A stretch of DNA of 56,592 nt from an uncultured Christensenella sp. (GTDB lineage: Bacteria; Bacillota; Clostridia; Christensenellales; UBA1242). Below, in pieces: positions 46,901 through 55,900 of the stretch (the stretch's first letter is position 1; each line of letters starts with the position of its first letter). The stretch covers positions 1 to 56,592 of the forward strand of contig CAJLLK010000002.1 in NCBI GenBank assembly GCA_905207515.1, written 5' to 3'. The notes beneath the pieces were generated by a model. The model was not told the DNA's origin. It worked only from the letters and a program-made list of their open reading frames with translations, and searched no databases. Position numbers and translations under genes: made by a program.

Positions 46901-49900
46901 GACAAATTGACAAAGTTTGTCGAAGCAGAGTTAAGCATGGATATAATAAGATCGTAAGCTTCTCCAGTCGTAAGATATTTGTTGTTTAAAACGTCATACA
47001 AATTGAGCGTCAACGATTGATAGGTTTCTGTGCCGTTCAAAATTTGCAAAACGCCATTTGACAAACTTAACGTATAGCCATTTTCGTCATAAGGTGCTTT
47101 GAGCGCATTTGGCAAGATTTCTGATGTTGCGTAAGAAAGCCTCAGAGTTCCGCCTTTTGTGATTTCAAAAGTGCCGACAGCAGTTGAACTTCCAGCTTCG
47201 GTCAACTGACCATTTTCATAGACCGTCACGTTGCCAAAAGTGAATGTGTAATTTGTTTTGATGTCGCCGACAATTTCGTTGAAATAGATGTCATATTCTC
47301 CGATGTCTTCACCTGCTTCTCTCGTGAAGCTGAGCTGAACGTATTCGTTTGAAAGATAAGATGTTCTGTTCAAGCTAGGTTCATCTGCATTGAAAGTCTT
47401 TTCAGCTGAAATTGGAGAAAGTTCGACTACCGCCGGATTGACAGTGTATGTGAAACTTAAGCTTGAAAGTGAAGATGCGTCATAATATTCGCTGTCAAAA
47501 GAGAGTGTGATTGTGTAAATTCCTGCGTTTCTCATCTGATCGACAACCTGCTCGCCAAGTTTGATTTCTTTTGAAAACATCGCACTATCCAAGAAGAGTG
47601 ATTGCTCCACTTCTTCGCCAAAATCACCTGTGTCTCTGTCAAAACTTTGGAATGTTATCGTGAGCCCCGGATTTTTTGCTGAAGCACTGTATTCACTTTG
47701 CGTTTCATCAAACACAACTTCTAAAACTTTTGTTCTTTCAAAACTCAGTTCAAATTCAACTTCAACAGAGCTTTCTGACTGTGCTGTGTCGTCCAAAGAT
47801 GAAAAGAATTTTGACTTAAGCTGTGCCGTGATAACAAGTTTATATGTGCCAGATTCGGCATATCTGCCGTTGCCTGCAAGAGTCAAAGTTGAACCAGTCA
47901 AAAGTGGTTCGTCTTCAAAATACCACTGATAAGTGTAGTTATAAACTTGGTCATTGAAGTTTGTGATTGTGTAAATTGAACTTGCCGCCATTTCTTCAAA
48001 AGTCAGCGCCGCCATTCTGATTGGTTGAGATACATCAACGTTGGCAGTTCCTTCAATGCTCATGGCAGCCCAGCGTGCCGTGAGATAAATTGGGAGATGC
48101 GGATTGTTCACATTGAGCCCTCTAAATGTTCCGCCAGCAAACAAATCTCGATAGTCAATTGAAGAACCTGTTTGAGTGGCTGCCGTCAAGCTGGAAAGCT
48201 CAAGTCCATCCACTGATGGAACAATAAGTTCGTCAACCGTGCTTGTGCCAAGTTTTAAAAGCAGCTGCGTCACTGTGCCAATCGCATAATCTTCTGGCAA
48301 ATTATAGTCATAATGAACCGGAACAAGGTCCGTCCACACTGCGTTGTAGTCAATCTCAGTCACACCTGTGGTCGACTGAACAATCTCGTCGCCTTTGTCA
48401 GAAGTTATTGTCAAGGTGTCGTCCTGATAAGAAAAACTGAACGTCACACTTGTGTTGTCTTCCAAATTGTCGCTTACAGTGTAAACATCTTCAGCTGACC
48501 ACTGCGAGAAAGTTATATATTCTGAAAGGTCACGCTCAGAAATGCTGACCGTGAGCTCTTTCACAAGGCTTGTGACAAAAATTGAAACTTGATTTTTGTT
48601 GTTGGCTCTGATTTCGAAAAGATTTATTGTGCCGCCAGAGCTTCCTTCAATCGTGTAAAGTTTTTCTTCCAAATTTTCAGTGATTTCATAAGTGCTTCCA
48701 TCTTCAGTTTGATAGACCACTCTTGTGATGTTGAGCAAACTTTCTGCCATTGTCTCGTCAACATCGCCAAATTCGGCATTATTGTTTTCGTTTAACGTCA
48801 AATATTTGGCAAAGAAGTTTAAGTTGACAAGTCCGTCAGTTTTTAAGATTGTAAAAGTTTCATTTTCGTCCAAAACCAATTTAAATCGGTTTGTGACATA
48901 TTGATAGCTTGCCGAACCGTCTTCATAGACAGTCTGGCTGACAATTCGAACATTATCAAAATAGAGATTGTTTGTTTCGTCAAAGAAAGTGTAAGTCGTG
49001 TCAGACGTTTGACTGCCGATTGAAGATGTGACAAGATTTGCGTTGGCATAAAGATTTTCGCCAATCTTATAGAACGTTTCAGAGTCATATTCAATTGTGT
49101 CAGAAATGCCTTCAAACCAATCTATTGAAACGTGGTCAAACGAGCCGTCTTCAAAATAAGATTGGTCTGCACCAGTGTTTTCAATTTCAAGCACTTGTGG
49201 AAGCAAATAGACATATCCTGCATTCAAATAAGCATTTTCGCCGTCTTGCAAAACATTGTAGTTTGCCAAGCCATTTTCTTCGTCTATATTTTGCAGATAC
49301 ATTCTCAGCTGATACAAGCCATTTGGTTGAAGCGGAGATGTTGAATAGACAATCAAGCTTTCAATTTCAATTTCAGAAACCGAGTTTTCGTTTGCCGTCA
49401 AGTCAAAATTGTAAGCCGCTTTGTCAACTTCAAGATTGAACCTTGTTTGATGGTCATAGAAAGCAAAATAAGTCAAGTTTTCAAGCAAAGCAGTCACACT
49501 TTCAGAATTTTCCATCAAATAATCGCCATAGTTTTGATAAGTCCAAGTGCGATATGTGTTGTGTTCTTCGCCCGTGCTTGCCGTCAAAAGCAAATAATAT
49601 TTGACCATAACAAATTCATAGATTTCTTCGTCAGTTGCACTGGTTGCAGTGCTGTCTTGAGTTTTTATATAACTTGCAAAGCCTGAAAGCGTGTTAAGAC
49701 TGTCAGCCGCCGCCCACTGACTGCTGGTCAAGAATGGCTGAATAATTCGTTTGGCATTTGAGAGCATCCGAGCTGTGTCGTCAATTTCAAAATCAAGTTC
49801 ACTTTGGTCAACCACAATGCCAAATTGATAGTTTTGAGAAGAAACCGTTCCTAAATTGAGATAAGTCGCATTGTCTTGGATTTGAATTGTCAGCGTAACA

Positions 49901-52900
49901 TAAAACTCTCCGGCATTTTCCACTTGGAAAGAAAGATTGTCGCTATTCGTCATCGCTGTGCTTGAAGTCAAAGTCAAAACAACGCTTGAATTCATCTCTG
50001 TCGGCAAGGTTATTGAAAGCGAATTGTCTGCGACTGAGATTTCATAGCCTGTTGCCGTAAAATTTTCTGAAGTGAAATATTGTGCCAAATAAACCGTCTG
50101 TGGCTGCCCATTGTAAGTGAGATTTTCCAGCATGTTTGAAACAAAACTCAGTGAAACAGCGGCTGGGTCAAAGGCCCACCTTGAATAAATCGTCAGTGCA
50201 GGCGTGCCTGCCAAATTGCAAGTTTGAAGATATTCTGAAAAAACAGTTTCGTCTGTCACTTCAATTTGAGAGTTTCCTGAAACAATATAGAAGCCGTCAA
50301 AAATGTAGCCCTCTCTTTCTAGCGAAATTTCGCTCAAAGCGACCGTTTCTTCGCCGTCAAGAAGGTTTGCAAAAGTGGAATTATATTTGATTTGATAAGT
50401 TTTTTCAGTTTCTTCGATGTTTGCGCTGTTGAAGATTATTTGTATATCAAAAGTGCCGTTTTCCCACATTGCGTGAAGATTTGTGTCGCTTGCAGAAACA
50501 TAATTTCCATTTTCGTCAAACAAATCACTTCCTTCGACCAGCGAGCCGTCACTTTCAAAGATTTTTTCGTAGGTTTCATCTGCCAGCAAAATTCCCCAGC
50601 CCGCCAAATCGTAGCCTGTTCGCGAAATGCTCTGAGCTGTTGGAACATTGCCAACATAGTTGTTGTTGTCAAATTCGGTTCTGACAACCACATAATTCGT
50701 GTCGGTCACACTTGAACTGAACGTGCCGCCGTTGTTTCGGAAAATCAAGTTGAAAGAGCTTGCTCTCCAAAGTCTATAAAGATGCAACTCGTTGTTTAAA
50801 GACGTTCCAAAGTAAGCAATGTTTAAATTGAGTGTCGAAGCGGCAAAACCTCCGAAGTTGACAATGTTCCAAGTCTGACCATAGATGTCGCCCAAAATGT
50901 AGCCCGTTCTGGAAGCAAAATAGTCATTCACAACAATTTGGTTCACTGGTTCTGCGCCATCAATTTCGATGTCTCCACCAAAGCCACTTGTCAAGCTTAT
51001 TGAACTTCCAAAATAGATGCCAGAAAATTTGACTGTGCTGTCTGTTGTTTCTTCTCCAGTTGCACTGAAAACATGCCCATTTTTTTGGTCACCATAGATG
51101 TTTGTTTCGTCACCCGTTCCTGAATGGAAATATACATCTATCTTCTTTTGTCTTATGATTGGCATCAGATAATAAGTTTGTCCGTCATCTGTTTGCCCAG
51201 CCTTGATTTTTTCGTGAAGCGCATCAAATAAATCTATATTTGTATCTTCTACATATATATTTTCATTATAAATATCTTTGATATATTCTCCAGTCGCGTC
51301 AACAAGTGCATAGCCAGCCACATAATAGCCATTTGCGTTTGTGCCAGACATCTCAAAATTCAAGTTTGAAAGCGCGCTGTCTGTCACGCTTGCCGAATTG
51401 TAATAATAATTCACATACGACTCGCCATTTGTTGTGGCGTTTCCGTTTATAGAAAAGTCAAGAGAAAGATTTGTTGCAAAATAGCGATTGTCTTGTCCAC
51501 TTCCGTCTTCATTCAAAAGCAAAACTTGGTCATAAACAAAAACACGAGTTTGTTTACGCTCATAAACAGCATAAATTGTCACCAAAAATCTGTTGTCGCC
51601 AGTTTTGCCCAAGTTTGACAAGTCTTGAACATCGCTCAATGTTCCGAGCTGATTGTTGAGCGCAGAATAAGTCGTTTGATAATCTTGATTTGCGTTTAAA
51701 TAAGTTCCGACTGTCTTTTCTTCGCTGAAAATATCATTTTCTATTGTTTTATAATGTTCAATAACATAATAACCGCCAAAAACATAGCCATTATCTTCGC
51801 CCAAACTTGTCGAAAGCGAGACGCTGTCGCCATATTTCAAATTGTTTTGAGTGATTGCTTGACTGCCATTGACTGCTACGCCGTTGACTGAAAAATTGAT
51901 GTTGCTGCTTGAGTCATCTGAGAACGCCGTGCTGCCTTGCTCATCAACAAAAGCCGTTTTGAATTGAAGAGAATAGTTGACGTCAACAACTTTGATTTTG
52001 ACAGTGTAATGCCCAGGTTTAAGCCCATTTGGTTGCGTTGCTTCTGTGAAAGGAAGCGTCACCAAAAAGGTATCGTTTTGACAGATATCCAAAGGCAAAC
52101 CAAACCCTTCAAGCGTTTGACCTTTTTGATAAACTGTCACTGTCGGCATTGTTGTTGTGGCGCTTTGGCTGTTTTGGAAATAACTTCCACTGTTCAAGTT
52201 GTTGAAATCTGTTTCATAAGCTGAATTTGCAGATGTTGTTTCATCGCTTGATGGGTCGTCAACATTTGTGTTTGAAAATTCCACTTCAACATCGATGTCG
52301 CCCGTGCCGACAGCAAAACTTTCGCCCGTTCTTGTCGGCAAAGCGATTGAACTGCCAAATGCGGCCTTATAAAAATCACTTGCTTCGACCAAAAATTGAA
52401 CTTCGCCGTTTTCGTTAACCGAAATTGAATGGCTGTTTATGTAGATGTTTGGTTCATTTTCAGAATTTAACAAAGTTTCAAAGCCGTTTCCAGTTTCATC
52501 CAAGCCATCAGTGTAAAATTCAAAATCGAAATATGCCATTGTGTAAAAAGTTTGCAGAACAAAATTTCCTGTTTTCTCGGACAAATCATTGAAAACATAG
52601 AGAAGTTTTGTTGGCTTTTCGCTGACTGTTTCCGTGTTGTCGGTCGCACTTTTCAAGATTGTCGGTTGGTCGCCTGTGTAATAATTGTTGAACATCAATG
52701 TGTCTTCGTTTGTGGAAGCCAAAACTGCAAAGTCAGTGAGCACATAATAGTTGAAAACAAATTCGCCGTTTCTTCCCGACTGATAAGAAACCAACATTTC
52801 AGTGTAAGTTATCTCGTCAATCGAAACAAAATCAGCTTGATAGAGAGTTGTCTCTCCAGTTGTCGAGTTATGCTCATAACCATAATAAACATTGTTTTCT

Positions 52901-55900
52901 TGGCCTATTGAATATCTAAAAATCATCTTTGTCACATCATTTTCAGTCACAAAGAAATCTTGCCAGTCTGTGCCGGAATTTATTTCGGTGTCATAATCTG
53001 CGTCACTTGTTATCAACAAGTTGTGTGCAAAATCGAAACCGATATAATCTTTGTCGCTCAAGCTGTCAAAAATTTGGAAACTGCTTGTAGTGTTGTTCCA
53101 AATATGAACCGACGCAAAATCTTCGCTTAAAACTGGCGCAAATGCCCAGTTGACATTTTCACTTATGGTTGTTGTCCAATTGAGATTTTGTCTGACCACG
53201 CTTGCCGAAATCTGATAAACTCCGTCAATCGGATTGAGATTGTAAAAACGAATGTTGCTCAAATCTGACAGTGCAACATTTGACAGTCCACTGCTTGTTG
53301 TGACATCGCCAAAGTTGACATCGACATTTGTTCCTTCAAAACTCAATGCCCCACTCGTGATAAACCCAGTCTGCAATTCCAGCGAAACAGAAATCCAATG
53401 CTGCAGACTGTCGCTAAGTCTTGTGTCAAAACCAAGATTAAGAAGAATGTTCTCTCCTGAAACTTCCAAAACATCGCCAAGAGAATATCCATCTCCATTT
53501 GCATCGTCGATGTCATAAACATTTGTTTCTTCGCTGTTTGCGCCAAAATGTTTTGTTATCGAAATCGCTTTTACTGCCGAAGACAAATCAAAATTACTTG
53601 CAAACTCAGTCGCTCCTTCGCCTTTGGAGAGCTCAATTCTGATTGCTTTGCCCGCCGTTTCAACGCCTTGCCACTTTGCATAATAAGTCGCTGAAGCAGA
53701 AGCAGTTGTTCCGTCTGAAATTATCTCAATGTTTGGCAAATCGCCATTTATGCGAAAGCCGCTTGTTTCGTCAATCGTCTGCCCGTCAACAAAATTTTCA
53801 TTTTCATAGCCATAATAAATGCCTGCCAACTCAAAATCGCCGTCTCTGAGAGGAGTTCCGTCTATGCTTGGACAATTGAAAGCAGTTTCATATTGGCTGA
53901 CAAAAGTGTCGTAGCCCATTTCATAAACTGCAAAGACTTCGCCCGAATTTTCGTTCAAATAAACCGTTCCCGGCTCTGCACTTTCAAACGAAGTGACTGT
54001 CGTATATTTGCTGCTGTCAATCGAGCTGGCAAAATTGTCTTTTTCATACTGGTTGTAAACCACATAAACTCTCACGTCAAGTTCTTGCCACACTGCATAA
54101 AGATTGTGTCTTGAAGTAGAAAGCAAATTTGTCAAGTTTGAGTTTGTTAGTGTCTCGTCGCTGAAAATTGCATTTGTGCTTGTGCCGTCAAATCTATAGC
54201 CCAAAAGATAGAAACCTTCTCGAATGACAACATCACTGTTTCCAAGCTCCGTCGAAAGCCCTGGCAAAAGTGTTTGCCCAAAAGTTGTGTCGATGATTGT
54301 GTTTGAAGTGTCAATCGGAAGAAGCAGCTTGTTTTGATCGTCAATCATAACACTGTAAGTTGAATATAAACTCCTTTCTTTGCTAAAGAAAGTTCCGCTT
54401 CTGCCATCGACAGTGAGCAAGTTTCCAATTGTGACATTGCCTGTCGGCAAATTCAAAGCAACAGGCTCGCCAGACGAGTCAAGATTGTCTTGACCATAAA
54501 CAACAAAAAGCTGCCCAGACACATTTCCAACCGCGTCCAAATCTTCATTGCTGTTGTCGACACAATTGACCAAATAAACATTTCCATTTGCCAAGCCAAC
54601 AAACGAAGCTCTCTCCGTTGTTCCGGCATTGATGAAGTTAAATTCTCCAAGTGTCAGATTTTTGATAACAGCGTTTTGTGCAACTCCAAAAAACGCGTGA
54701 TATGAAAATTGGTCTTGAAGCGAACAAGAAATGCCAGAAATTGTGTAGCCATTCCCGTCAAAAATGCCGGTGAAAGGCAGTGCTGCCGTGCCGATAGGCT
54801 GCCATGTTCTGCCGCCGAGGTCAATGTCGTTTTGAAGTGAAAAATGTTTGTAAGAGCCACCTTGCAACGTCTCATTGTCTCCATAAATCAGGCTTGAATA
54901 ATTGAAAGAAAGCCAACCCAAATCGCCCGCTGTTTGAATTAAGTATGGATTGTTGACCGAGCCGTCGCCTTTGAGCGGAATATCTTCGCTGTAGTCAGTG
55001 TCGTTGTTTGAATTGCCGTAATCATAGACCACTTTGAGATAAGGGAAGCCACCATTTACGCTTGGACTGATTTGCCAAGCACTGTCAGAAAACGTCCATG
55101 TTCCAGAAGCCCAAATATCTTCATCCAAATAAAAGTCTTTTGTCATTGCAAGCGCTGTCAAGTTTTGCATTGCTGTTGTTCCAGAACTTGCAGAATTTGT
55201 GTAATTTGCGTCATAAAAAACATTTGAAATTTCTGTCGGTGTCGAGCCATTGAAAACAGTGGCGCGAGCAGTTCCGCTCACAGAAACGACGCCAACGCTC
55301 AAAAGATTTTGCAGAGCAAACTCACTGAGACTGCTCGGCGAAATATGTCCAACAATTCCGCCAACATAATCTCCTGATTGCAAAGAAGCAGAGGTGTAGC
55401 TTACATCGCCAGAATTGTAAGAAGTTGAGATTTGAACGTAATCATTTCCAGCCAGTCCCACAAGCCCGCCTAAAATGCCAGCATTTGAAGCTATGCTTCC
55501 AGAGTTGTAGGAGTTTGTCACTCGAAAGTTTCTGTTGACATACATTCCGCTCTCTTGACCTTCGGTATAGCCAGCCAAGCCACCGACAACCGCATTAGAA
55601 AAAGATGTTGCCGTCAAATTGCCTTCGTTGAAAGAATAAGTTATTCCTGCACTCTTTGCATAACCTGCAACCCCACCAATTTGAACATCTGTAGAATTTG
55701 TGGAAGCACCTGAAAGCGTGATATCAACATCCGAACGCGAATAAGAAACACTGGCGTTTTCAAGTTTTCCAACCAAACCACCAATTGTGCCTGTTTGTGA
55801 AGCATTTGAAGAATAAGAAATGTCGACATCTCCACTTGCCGAACAACTTTGAAGATATGTCGCATTGTAAGCTGCATCAGAGCCTGTTCCGGAGTTATAC